NCBI GenBank assembly: GCA_051653465.1
Contig: JBOFWE010000068.1
Coordinates: 20,007 to 84,006, forward strand
DNA: 64,000 bases
Origin: Selenomonadaceae bacterium
GTDB taxonomy: Bacteria; Bacillota; Negativicutes; Selenomonadales; Selenomonadaceae
Direction: 5' to 3'
The translations under genes and the position numbers were made by a program. This document shows positions 52,396 to 61,188 of this stretch, one piece after another. Under the pieces are notes generated by a model. It ran no database searches. It saw nothing but the letters and a program-made list of their open reading frames with translations, and was not told where the DNA came from. Each line of letters begins with the position of its first letter. The first letter of the stretch is position 1.

Positions 52396-52539
52396 AAAAA
52401 GGCCGGCAGCATCTGCGCTGACGGCTTTCTTATTGCAATTATATTCTTTTTTGTGCTCCGGTGATGGCTGGTTATAGCTGTTGAAATATTTACGGGGACT
52501 ACTGTTATATTGCCCAATAAACGAAAAGGGAGTGGTATT

Positions 52540-53019
52540 ATGCAGGAGATTGAAGCAAAGATCCAGGATTTGCAGCAGGAGGAACAGGAACTTACTTTTT
52601 CGGTGTTTAATAGTGAAGTTGCCTGGGCATTAGGCTGCTTCATAGTTAAGCGTGCCCGGGAAAAGGCAAAAAAACCGGTGGCGGTCGGGATTAGTATGAA
52701 CCATCACGATTTGTTTTATTATGCGTTTGATGGGACTACGCCGGATAATGATGCCTGGATCAGGCGGAAACAAAACAGCATATATCGGTTTTTCAAAAGC
52801 ACCTACCAGTTGGCATTGTATATGGAACTGAAACAAGATACGATTTTTAACCGTTATGCGGTGGCGTCTACCGAATATGCCCAGTTTGGCGGGGGATTTC
52901 CCATTCGGGTGGGGCCGCTCGGCGTTGTTGGGGCGATCGCTGTCTCGGGCATGTCGGACATGGAAGATCATCAATTTATAACAGAATGCGTGCGGGAGTT
53001 TTTAGCAGGGCAGGTGTAG
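52540..53019 (+). CDS. UPF0303 / heme-degrading (GlcG-like) domain protein
   Basis: About 160 aa with the FGGGFPI motif. ORF opens at 52510. Confidence 0.65.
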   Translation: MQEIEAKIQDLQQEEQELTFSVFNSEVAWALGCFIVKRAREKAKKPVAVGISMNHHDLFYYAFDGTTPDNDAWIRRKQNSIYRFFKSTYQLALYMELKQDTIFNRYAVASTEYAQFGGGFPIRVGPLGVVGAIAVSGMSDMEDHQFITECVREFLAGQV

Positions 53020-53023
53020 AGCA

Positions 53024-53458
53024 TTACGGCAGGGTACAGCCCGTAAATTCATAGGCAAAACCATAGGGCTCTGCCTTTGCCAGCCCTTTTATGCGAATGG
53101 TTTGATTTTTTTTCAGGTTTAATAGGCTGTTTTTTTGAGATTCGCTGAAAAAGAAGCGAAAGTGAATTTTGCTAGAGGAATCATTGAGGGTCACATCCTG
53201 GAACATGTGAATTACATAAGGATAATCATTGTCATCTGATTTGCCGATGTAATCGATGGTACCGGTAACAGACAATACTTTCCCGTCGAATTTTTCTTTT
53301 GCCTGTAGCCCGTTGGAAAAAATCTCTTTTGCCAGTTCCTTGCATGAAATATTCATGGTGCTTGGTTTTGATTCAATATCGGCTGGGGTATTGGCGGAAC
53401 AACTTGTCAGAAAGAGAATGGGCAGCATAATAAGCAAAATTCGGCAAATGTGCAGCAT
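53024..53458 (-). CDS. Lipoprotein, OB-fold-like, function unknown
   Basis: Lipobox LFLTSC. ATG 53458 lies 8 nt after AGGAGG (ORF opens at 53479). Confidence 0.6.
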   Translation of the reverse strand: MLHICRILLIMLPILFLTSCSANTPADIESKPSTMNISCKELAKEIFSNGLQAKEKFDGKVLSVTGTIDYIGKSDDNDYPYVIHMFQDVTLNDSSSKIHFRFFFSESQKNSLLNLKKNQTIRIKGLAKAEPYGFAYEFTGCTLP

Positions 53459-53486
53459 GAAAATGACCTCCTGTCGCAAATATGAA

Positions 53487-53520
53487 ATGCCCTGCAGAAG
53501 ACGTCTCTTCTACAGGGCAT
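53487..53520 (-). terminator. Hairpin (attenuator/terminator-like) between RNA copy 2 and the lipoprotein gene
   Basis: Minus sense: atgccctgtagaagagacgtcttctgcagggcat followed by TTCATATTT. Confidence 0.5.
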
Positions 53521-53554
53521 CCAGCAATCTTTCCGACTTTGTCAGCACGGGCTG

Positions 53555-53718
53555 CAACAAAATCATACGCTATCACTGTAGAACTATCATCATTAGCGAA
53601 TTAGATAAAAAATCTAACAAAGATATGATAAAAGATAGTTCGTGGAAGAGGAAGCTGTCCGAGGGCCTCCTGAAAGGGGTTGATGTCTGGCGACATCAGG
53701 GAACAACTTCATCTATAT
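53555..53718 (-). ncRNA. Unclassified structured RNA element, copy 2 (leader of the lipoprotein gene)
   Basis: Extended -10 tgcTATATT (53731-53723) and TTGTAA -35. 5' ATAGATGAAG. Helices GAAGTTGTTC/GGACAGCTTC, GAACTATC/GATAGTTC, CGCTA/TAGCG. 3' CTACAGTGATAGCGTATGATTTTG. Confidence 0.6.
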
Positions 53719-53812
53719 TTGTAATATAGCATACTCGGTGCGCAGTTACAATATTAAATCAGAAAATTCTGCTATTTATACCATGAAAAAACTAAGCGTC
53801 TGTTAGCTGGGA

Positions 53813-54031
53813 TTAAAATCGATGGGAGATAAAAAAACGATAAAGCATAATCAGATAGGAACAGAGAAAAACGATCCAGAGGAATAGGGTATGATCAGAG
53901 AAGAAATCTGAAAAATATGTTCCCAATAAAATACCAAAGGAAACAAGCGCGGTCTTAAAAAAAGCATAGTCCCACATTGTGAACTTTCGTACAGCCCGCA
54001 TGGCGCGTTCTAAAAAGTTTTTTACAGACAA
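53813..54031 (-). CDS. Small two-helix membrane protein
   Basis: TTG start 9 nt after AAAGGAGG. Two hydrophobic helices. Confidence 0.5.
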   Translation of the reverse strand: MSVKNFLERAMRAVRKFTMWDYAFFKTALVSFGILLGTYFSDFFSDHTLFLWIVFLCSYLIMLYRFFISHRF

Positions 54032-54257
54032 AAGACGAAGCCTCCTTTGATCCGGATAACTGCCGGAGTTACTAATACTCTTTACTTTATGCGTACACTA
54101 TAACATATTTGAAAATAAAGCACAATAAATATTCAGAAATTTCCATTTATTTATTGCGGGCAGCAGAGGAAAAGTATAGAATAAACGTAATAAGATAACT
54201 TTATGGCAAAATATTAGCAAGTAAAAAAAGAAGTGGAAAATAAGGGAGGTTTTTGTA

Positions 54258-55184
54258 ATGAAAAATACCAGCTTTTTTCCGGTGTTATTATTTGTGGTAG
54301 TATTTTCCATAGGCCTTGAGGCAACTTACATGCGCTTTGGCGAGATAGGCAATGAACAGGCTGGCTGGATCGCTGTCGTCGCTGTTATGGCAGCGGCTGT
54401 TGCGGCATCGGTCAGGATTGCCAATCAGTGGGATCGGGTAATTGTTCTTCGGCTGGGGAAATTTCATCAATTGAAGGGGCCGGGGATATTTTTTATAATT
54501 CCTGTTATTGACATGGCCGCTTACTGGATCGATACGCGTGTTATTACTGATGCCTTTAATGCCGAAAAAACGCTTACAAAAGATACGGTACCTGTTGATG
54601 TTGATGCCGTACTCTTCTGGCGGGTCCTTGATCCGAAGAAAGTTGCTCTGGATGTAGCAGATTATCGCAGTGCTATTGGCTGGGCCTCACAAACGGCCCT
54701 GCGCGATGTCATCGGCAAAACGATGCTCTCCAATATGCTGGAAGGGCGGGAACAGATCAGTGATGAACTGCGTAAAATCATTGATGAACGCACGGAGCCG
54801 TGGGGGATTAATGTCATATCCGTGGAAATCAAAGATGTCCGTATTCCGCCAGCGCTTGAAGACGCTATGTCAATGCAGGCACAGGCGGAACGTGAGCGGC
54901 AGGCCCGGGTGATTCTGGGGGATTCTGAACGGCAGGTGGCTGAAAAATTTGGTGAAGCGGCCAAAACCTATACCAATGACCCGGTAGCACTTCACTTGCG
55001 GGCAATGAATATGCTGTATGAGGGCCTTAAGGATAATGCGACCATTGTCATTGTTCCAAGTTCAGTTATCGACACTATGCAGCTTGGTAGCGTAGCCGGC
55101 TTAAGTGCCCTGACAATGGGGATCGGACAGGGCGCGGGGAAAAAAGAAGAAAAGCAGCCAGCGGATAAGGATACTAGCCAATAG
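54258..55184 (+). CDS. SPFH/Band 7 (stomatin-like) membrane protein
   Basis: N-terminal TM helices plus SPFH core (VILRLGKF...GPGIFFIIP...TKDTVPVDVDAVLFWRV) and a coiled-coil AQAERERQAR. Confidence 0.85.
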   Translation: MKNTSFFPVLLFVVVFSIGLEATYMRFGEIGNEQAGWIAVVAVMAAAVAASVRIANQWDRVIVLRLGKFHQLKGPGIFFIIPVIDMAAYWIDTRVITDAFNAEKTLTKDTVPVDVDAVLFWRVLDPKKVALDVADYRSAIGWASQTALRDVIGKTMLSNMLEGREQISDELRKIIDERTEPWGINVISVEIKDVRIPPALEDAMSMQAQAERERQARVILGDSERQVAEKFGEAAKTYTNDPVALHLRAMNMLYEGLKDNATIVIVPSSVIDTMQLGSVAGLSALTMGIGQGAGKKEEKQPADKDTSQ

Positions 55185-55272
55185 CTGATGCTAGCTTACA
55201 TTAAGGAGCAGGAAAAACTCTCTGGTTGGCGAAGAATCCATATATAAGCTCTTAAAGATGAGGAGGGATATT

Positions 55273-55458
55273 ATGTCTGATCTGTATAATATTGACGACA
55301 TTCCGGCTTGTTGCTTATCTTGTAAAAACAAAAGCTGTTTCCCGGGGCAAAATATCAGCAAAAGAAAATATGCCTATGCCATTGAGGAAGATGAAGAAAC
55401 CGGAGAAGAAACATGTCCGTATTATCTGGGCAGTGAGCATTTTCACGAATACGATTGA
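55273..55458 (+). CDS. Small acidic Cys-containing hypothetical protein
   Basis: ATG after gaggaggg. CCLSC...C...C pattern. No family recognised. Confidence 0.4.
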   Translation: MSDLYNIDDIPACCLSCKNKSCFPGQNISKRKYAYAIEEDEETGEETCPYYLGSEHFHEYD

Positions 55459-55538
55459 GCGTATGATATTGTAAAAAATGGTTGCAAAAATAAATTTGAT
55501 ATGATAATATAATACATGTGCTTAAGCGCACATCGTAT

Positions 55539-55615
55539 GGGGTTATAGCTCAGTTGGTTAGAGTGCTTCGTTGACATCGAAGAGGTCACAGATTCGAGTT
55601 CTGTTAGCCCCACCA
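55539..55615 (+). tRNA. tRNA-Val (anticodon GAC) with encoded CCA
   Basis: Cloverleaf read by eye: acceptor GGGGTTA/TAGCCCC, D-arm agctcagttggttagagt, anticodon stem cttcg/cgaag with loop ttGACat, T-arm cacagattcgagttctgt. Own promoter TTGCAA-17-TAATAT at 55482-55510. Confidence 0.9.
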
Positions 55616-55648
55616 GTTCAATAATAAACACTTTGAGGGTGTTACTTT

Positions 55649-55690
55649 AGAGGTCATGATTTTAAAGAGTCATGACCTCTTTTATTTTTT
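55649..55690 (+). terminator. Terminator after tRNA-Val
   Basis: agaggtcatga...tcatgacctct followed by tttatttttt. Confidence 0.85.
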
Positions 55691-55823
55691 AACTCCATAA
55701 GGTGATCTAATACTTATAGATATTTAAAAACAGCTTTCATTTTGAGGAGTTTAAAATATCTTAGATAAGGAAATGTTAATATTTATATATGAAGTTTAAA
55801 TTAAACCAAAGGAGTGGAAATTA

Positions 55824-56471
55824 ATGTTTTTAAGAAATAAAATTTTAAGGGTGATTTTTTTAAGCAGCTGCTGCCTAATGTTGTTTTGTAGCATAGCTTA
55901 TGCTGGGGCTATAGAAGATGAGCATTATAGTGGGTCAACATATCATAATGACTATTTAGGTTTTTATATACAATTTCCGTCGGATTGGCATCTTCTAAAT
56001 GAATCACAAAATAAAGACCTTATCAAAAGAGGTATTGAATTATATAGTGGAAATGACGTTAATTTGAAAAATGCATTAACTGCATCGGAAGATAATGATA
56101 AGATTTTGGTACACTTTATAAAATATCCATTAGGTGCACCTTATAATATATCAGCAGTAGTTGAGGCTGTAAATGTGGAGAATTATCCGTATCTGCAAAA
56201 TGGCGAGAATTTTTTAGAAGCCAAAAAAATTTTTTTATTAAATACACCTATGACGATTGAATTTGAAAAGGACATTCATAATGAGGAAATAGATGGAATA
56301 AAGTGTACTGCAATGGTAACAAAACGTAAAATAGGAAAAATTGTAATTAAGCAAAAAACATATGTAATTTTTATGAAAGAATATGCTGTAGAATATATCT
56401 TTACTTATACGTTGCCAAAGCAAGAAAAAGAGGTAGATGATATTTTTAAGTCGTTGCGTTTTAATAAGTAG
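55824..56471 (+). CDS. Secreted hypothetical protein (AT-rich islet)
   Basis: Signal peptide ...LFCSIAYA. RBS aaaggag. Lys/Asn/Ile-rich composition. No family recognised. Confidence 0.55.
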   Translation: MFLRNKILRVIFLSSCCLMLFCSIAYAGAIEDEHYSGSTYHNDYLGFYIQFPSDWHLLNESQNKDLIKRGIELYSGNDVNLKNALTASEDNDKILVHFIKYPLGAPYNISAVVEAVNVENYPYLQNGENFLEAKKIFLLNTPMTIEFEKDIHNEEIDGIKCTAMVTKRKIGKIVIKQKTYVIFMKEYAVEYIFTYTLPKQEKEVDDIFKSLRFNK

Positions 56472-56521
56472 ATAGGGTTGATAAATGACATATTTATGGC
56501 AGTTTATATAGGAGTACTGTT

Positions 56522-57922
56522 TTGAATATTAAAGATTTTAAAGATAAAATTTCAAAAGGATTAGGCAGTGCTATATTATTTCTGAAAAATAATCCGGAGC
56601 AAGCACATAAATATAGTACGAGTATTCTTTGGGCTTGTTGCCATGATACAAGATATGATTCTCAATGTGAATCGGGAAGAAGCTTTTACCTTTATGAGGC
56701 GATTTGCCTGTCAAACAGAAAAGAGCAGCTTGAAGATAAATTATTGGAAAAACTTCTTCGTGCCAAGCGATATGAAGATGTTGAACAGCTTTTTGCAATA
56801 GCTGAAAGAATGCATGATAATGGGAATATTCGCGCAAGAAAAGTTATGTATGATAGATTTAAGGAATATTCAAGTAGGATACAAAAAATCAAAGTGTTTA
56901 GTTTTACTAGGAATAGAAATATATTGGAATGCGCAACAGCCGGAGCCATAAATATTATATCTATGGATAAGTTTGAAGGTTTGGAATTTGTCTTAGATAC
57001 CATGGGCAGTATAATGATATCTAAAAAGATAAAGGAATTATTCGATGCAGACTGGGTTTTAGCGTATGCCAAAAATGAATTGGGCGAAAAAAATCTGAAT
57101 GAGTTTTTAAAAGATAAATCCTCTGTAAATGAAAATATTAAAGTTCTATTTCAAGAATATAAAGCTAATCAACAAAGCCGATATGAGTATCAGCAAAATA
57201 AAAAAGCAGTAGTACCTAATTTTGAAAATATAATCTCCATGGTAGAGAGATATTGCTTTGAAGACAAGATGAGATTAGGAAGACGAAATATATTGTGCAG
57301 AATGGGTAAAAAGGCTGATGCTAAAGAACTTATCAAGGTAGCACGCGAGCTTGAAAATACAGTGGATGAATCGAAACAAATAGCTTTGCTGCATGTATTT
57401 AGGGAAGCGGAATATCCTCTCCCGATTGATTTTTTACTAAAGCTAGCATGTAATTCCAATAAGATGCTGGTAGGTACTGTGGCTGAAGCGTTAAAAAACA
57501 CTAAAGATCATAGAATACATGATCTAGCAATACGATTAATGAAAGACGGAGAACTTTGTATTTATGGACTAGGATTATTGAGGAAAAATTTCCAGCAAGA
57601 TTATGAGCTTATTTTAGAATTATTAAGAAAAGCAAAAGATCAGTGTAAGACAGAGTCGGATGAATATGAATTTCATAGTTTTACAATGGAAATAAGAGCT
57701 GTTTTTGAGTGCAACAAAAGTGTTGAAAGTGCGGATATTCTAGAATTTTTATATCAAAACACGACATGTTCATATTGCAGACAGAAAATAGTTCAAATAA
57801 TGTGTGATAATGATATTTTGTCCCGGCATGTTGCCGAAGAATGTCTGTATGATTGCGAGGATGAAACTCGAGCTATAGCCGTGGGCTATTTTAAAACGAA
57901 AGAGGCCTTTGTAAAAAAATAA
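56522..57922 (+). CDS. Hypothetical helical-repeat-like protein (AT-rich islet)
   Basis: TTG start after aggag. 466 aa, alpha-helical/repeat-like composition. No catalytic motif recognised. Confidence 0.55.
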   Translation: MNIKDFKDKISKGLGSAILFLKNNPEQAHKYSTSILWACCHDTRYDSQCESGRSFYLYEAICLSNRKEQLEDKLLEKLLRAKRYEDVEQLFAIAERMHDNGNIRARKVMYDRFKEYSSRIQKIKVFSFTRNRNILECATAGAINIISMDKFEGLEFVLDTMGSIMISKKIKELFDADWVLAYAKNELGEKNLNEFLKDKSSVNENIKVLFQEYKANQQSRYEYQQNKKAVVPNFENIISMVERYCFEDKMRLGRRNILCRMGKKADAKELIKVARELENTVDESKQIALLHVFREAEYPLPIDFLLKLACNSNKMLVGTVAEALKNTKDHRIHDLAIRLMKDGELCIYGLGLLRKNFQQDYELILELLRKAKDQCKTESDEYEFHSFTMEIRAVFECNKSVESADILEFLYQNTTCSYCRQKIVQIMCDNDILSRHVAEECLYDCEDETRAIAVGYFKTKEAFVKK

Positions 57923-58059
57923 AGCAGAAAGTATGATAAATCTTAGGCTGCTTTTTAAGGCGTTGTCTCGTTATACTCGTTATTTTATAAAAATAAGCCA
58001 GCAGGCTGAGGAATTGTTCCTTAGCCGCTGGCTTTTTGCTGTTTTTCGCGCTGGTCAGA

Positions 58060-58311
58060 TTACGATGGACCCGGCGGAACGTTGTCTTTTTCGGTCAGCT
58101 TTTCGACAGCCTGACGCAGTTGACGGATCTCATCAATCAATTCCTTATGGAAGTGAGAGCGCTCTTCCTGGCGCTGATAAAAGGGGCATTTGCCGCGATG
58201 CAGGAGAAGAAATATCAATCCGATAAAAAACAGGAGAAACATGGGCATCAAGAACATCATGAAGGGCATACCTGGACCATAACCTGGGGATCCCCACCAC
58301 ATATACATCAT
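58060..58311 (-). CDS. Small membrane protein with Met/Gly/Pro-rich N-terminus and C-terminal coiled coil
   Basis: MMYMWWGSPGYGPGMPFMMF..., one TM helix, then ELIDEIRQLRQAVEKL. RBS gggaaagg. Confidence 0.5.
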   Translation of the reverse strand: MMYMWWGSPGYGPGMPFMMFLMPMFLLFFIGLIFLLLHRGKCPFYQRQEERSHFHKELIDEIRQLRQAVEKLTEKDNVPPGPS

Positions 58312-58464
58312 CCTTTCCCTATTTTTTCGAGAGAATACACATTCTCTAGGTATTAAATTTCGGCAGGCGGGCGGCTATTCCTGCTGCAAAAGCAGCGGCA
58401 AAGGTTTCTAGGGAAAGTTTATTTATTCTAGATGATGGAAGAGGTAAATGAAACTGCCATGACA

Positions 58465-60321
58465 CTATTCACCAAGTAAAATACGGTGAATATCAAGGCC
58501 GTAACGGTGAATAAAGCTCTGCTTGACTTGCTGCAGGGTTTCCCCGGCAGTTGTCCCCTGGGCCATAAGCTGGCGGCGGGCAAGTTCGCCCGCAATTACA
58601 TCGAGAAATAGCTCGGCGAGCAGTAAGCGGGCATCGTCGCGGAAATGCCCTTGGCCGTTTACGTAGAGGCGGACGGTCGGAGCTTCGGTGTTTATAAGAA
58701 TCAATCGTTCTGCCGGAGCATAAATGGCGCGGTCAATGTCATTTCCCAGGCTGCGCAGCTCATAGCCAGCAAATAAAGGGGGATTAATGCTTTCGTCATA
58801 AGTGGATTTTGCCTTTTTGTCATGGGGATGATGAAAGCCAGCCCCGCCTGAATTTTTGACGATGGCAATTTTACAGTCTGCGGAGTAATTGCCAGCCGTA
58901 GCTGTTATGTGCCCGTTGATATTCAGCATGTGCCCTTGCGCAAGCCATTTAAAAGATCCTTTCGCATCAAGGTCGGAAAATTCGATTGTCTCGGGCTGAG
59001 GCGCAAGACTTATTTCGGGTGGAAGGTCATATGTCAGCTGAATCCCGCCTTTTTCACGCTGCAGATGCAGTACATCCGCGTGCAGGGTGATGTGAAAATG
59101 GTGATGTAGCTGACGGTAATATACGGGCATACTGAAGCGAAGACATGGCGGCAGGCTGATGCCGAGGTCTTCGGCAGCGGCCTGGTTCATTTTTTTCAGG
59201 ATCGTTTCGATCATTGTTTTGGTGCGCCTTGATGTGGAGGCGTGGTCGATATGACTCAGGCGCAGGCGTTCGCGTTCAATGGCGGGGCGGATCAGCTCAC
59301 TGACAGCAGCAGCGAATTTTTGGACAAAGGGATGTTTGGTGTTTAGCCCCTCGCGCTCATCGCTGATGATAGCCTGCCCGGCTCCGAGCATATCGAGTAA
59401 GGCGGGGCAACTGACGTGCCCGAAAAGATATTCCGTTCCCAACTGGTTTTCAAATTGAAAAAACTGGCAGTCAAGGACTGCGGTTCCCGATAAGATCAAC
59501 AGTCCGCTGGAACGCTCATCGCCCTTTAAAATCAGCTTTTCCTGAACGGATTTTTTCAATGTCAGCCAAAAGGGATAAAGCTGTTCCTGGTAGCGAAAGG
59601 TTTCCATGGCGTCGGGACCGAGTAAAACCATGGAATCTGGTTCTTGATAAGCTAAAATAACAGGGGCTTTTCTTGCATCTGAAGTTTGCTTGCTGGAAAA
59701 TTCCAGGCGTCGCCGACGTTGTATATCTCGCAGGTATACGTTGTTGGTTATAGCCTCTGCCAGAGACTGACTGAAAGGGAGGCTGACTTGTGGGTTTGTA
59801 ATCACGATAGTGACGGTGGTACCATTGCCGCCAGCGGGAATCTGCAGACGCCGATAATCTTCGGCAGAAGCTGACCGTTCGCCGCTGCCATCATCGTAGA
59901 CATATCGACCGTTCTCCAAACGAAAAAGATCGATTCGGCTGAAACGGCCATTGGCAATTGATTCGATCCAGCCGTATCCGAGTCCATAAACCGCTTGCTT
60001 TAACCCGCGACCGAAATACCCGCGGCCAATTGCTTGGCCATGAGCCAGCAGACTGTGCGAACCACCGTAGGATAGAATCCGGCGCAGATTGGGCAAGGAC
60101 ATTCCCTCGGCGCAATCGCTGACTGCAAGAATGCTGTTGATTTTATGGCGTTCATAATAAATGCGGATTACAGGGTCTATCGGTGTGTGAACACTTTCCA
60201 GGCGGCTGTAGCTGTCATCGTCATTGGTAATCAGCTCGACCAATGCTTTTTCGATGGAAGCAAAACGGCGGGAATCGATGTCTATAACCCGTTGGTCAAC
60301 CGGTAAATTTGCAACAGCCAT
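58465..60321 (-). CDS. GHKL-superfamily (HATPase_c_3-like) ATPase with a large uncharacterised C-terminal region
   Basis: N-box ALVELITNDDDSY, G1-box VSDCAEGMS, G2-box GRGYFGRGLKQAV. ATG 60321 lies 6 nt after AGGGGGA (ORF opens at 60399). Confidence 0.65.
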   Translation of the reverse strand: MAVANLPVDQRVIDIDSRRFASIEKALVELITNDDDSYSRLESVHTPIDPVIRIYYERHKINSILAVSDCAEGMSLPNLRRILSYGGSHSLLAHGQAIGRGYFGRGLKQAVYGLGYGWIESIANGRFSRIDLFRLENGRYVYDDGSGERSASAEDYRRLQIPAGGNGTTVTIVITNPQVSLPFSQSLAEAITNNVYLRDIQRRRRLEFSSKQTSDARKAPVILAYQEPDSMVLLGPDAMETFRYQEQLYPFWLTLKKSVQEKLILKGDERSSGLLILSGTAVLDCQFFQFENQLGTEYLFGHVSCPALLDMLGAGQAIISDEREGLNTKHPFVQKFAAAVSELIRPAIERERLRLSHIDHASTSRRTKTMIETILKKMNQAAAEDLGISLPPCLRFSMPVYYRQLHHHFHITLHADVLHLQREKGGIQLTYDLPPEISLAPQPETIEFSDLDAKGSFKWLAQGHMLNINGHITATAGNYSADCKIAIVKNSGGAGFHHPHDKKAKSTYDESINPPLFAGYELRSLGNDIDRAIYAPAERLILINTEAPTVRLYVNGQGHFRDDARLLLAELFLDVIAGELARRQLMAQGTTAGETLQQVKQSFIHRYGLDIHRILLGE

Positions 60322-60420
60322 GATCATTCCCCCTGCGATAAAATCTATCGGTAAAAATTTTAAAGAGGCTGGCACAGTATTAAATGGTGCCAGGGGCAAA
60401 AATTCTGTAACTTAATAAAT

Positions 60421-60450
60421 AAGCTGCAAAAGAATATTCTTTTGCAGCTT
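60421..60450 (-). terminator. Perfect 15+15 palindromic hairpin between RNA copy 3 and the GHKL gene (attenuator-like)
   Basis: aagctgcaaaagaat|attcttttgcagctt, followed on the minus strand by ATTTATT. Confidence 0.45.
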
Positions 60451-60488
60451 ATCCAGTATTACCCTTATGGTTTTTGTAGATGAGAATC

Positions 60489-60651
60489 GGAAAAACCATG
60501 CGCTATAACTGTGAGACTGTCGTCGCTAGCGCTTTACCCATATCAGAGCAAAAAGGATGTGACCGCTGACAGCCCTGGCAGAAGAAACTGTTCAAACTGC
60601 CTCAGGTAAGAGTTAGAGGACTTTACTGCTGGTGAACAGCTTCATCTATAA
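60489..60651 (-). ncRNA. Unclassified structured RNA element, copy 3 (leader of the GHKL ATPase gene)
   Basis: Extended -10 tgaTATAAT (60664-60656) and TTGATG -35. 5' ATAGATGAAG. Helices GAAGCTGTTCA/TGAACAGTTTC, GGCTGTC/GACAGTC, GCGCTA/TAGCGC. 3' CACAGTTATAGCGCATGGTTTTT. Confidence 0.6.
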
Positions 60652-60731
60652 GGAAATTATATCATAGGGGCAGTTTTTCATCAATGAAATTCTAAATTTT
60701 CTGTTAATTTTAGGGAGATGGTCACAAAATA

Positions 60732-61076
60732 TCAGCTGCTGCCGCGACGGCCAAAAGCACCGGGGGGATGACCGGTTTTCTCGGGACGGTCATGCTGCGG
60801 ACGTTTTTGTGTGGAAGTATCCTTGGCTGGCAGCGAAAACTTTTCTTCATCGCCGGCGACATAACCGGTTTCATCGAGGGGAACAGTGAAGGAGGAGTGT
60901 TCGTTTTTGGAAAATTTTCGTTCAGACAGAAAAATTGGGCATGATAGCCAGGCTGTTTTTGCACTGCGATCGACTTTTGTCAGTTGAAGATTAAGACCGC
61001 AAAAGCCACAGGTGCGATCTGTAAGATCGCCTATGGTTGATGTTAGCAGGGGCTTCGCCTTCTTGGTTGTCTTCAT
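60732..61076 (-). CDS. Hypothetical protein with a short Cys motif and a disordered basic tail
   Basis: Strong RBS AGGAGGGA. CGFCG...C. No family recognised. Confidence 0.5.
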   Translation of the reverse strand: MKTTKKAKPLLTSTIGDLTDRTCGFCGLNLQLTKVDRSAKTAWLSCPIFLSERKFSKNEHSSFTVPLDETGYVAGDEEKFSLPAKDTSTQKRPQHDRPEKTGHPPGAFGRRGSS

Positions 61077-61188
61077 AAAATCCCTCCTGTAAGTTTGTTC
61101 AGGTATAGAATATCATATTTCACAAATTATAACCATAATATTCTGAAAATGTATTGATGTTTCGCCAAGACTGGAAAATGAGTCGTGC

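Noticed and set aside
55539-58000. Integrated prophage or ICE at tRNA-Val.
   Set aside because: No integrase, recombinase or phage genes, and no repeat of the tRNA 3' end at the distal boundary. Only a compositionally deviant two-gene islet can be claimed.
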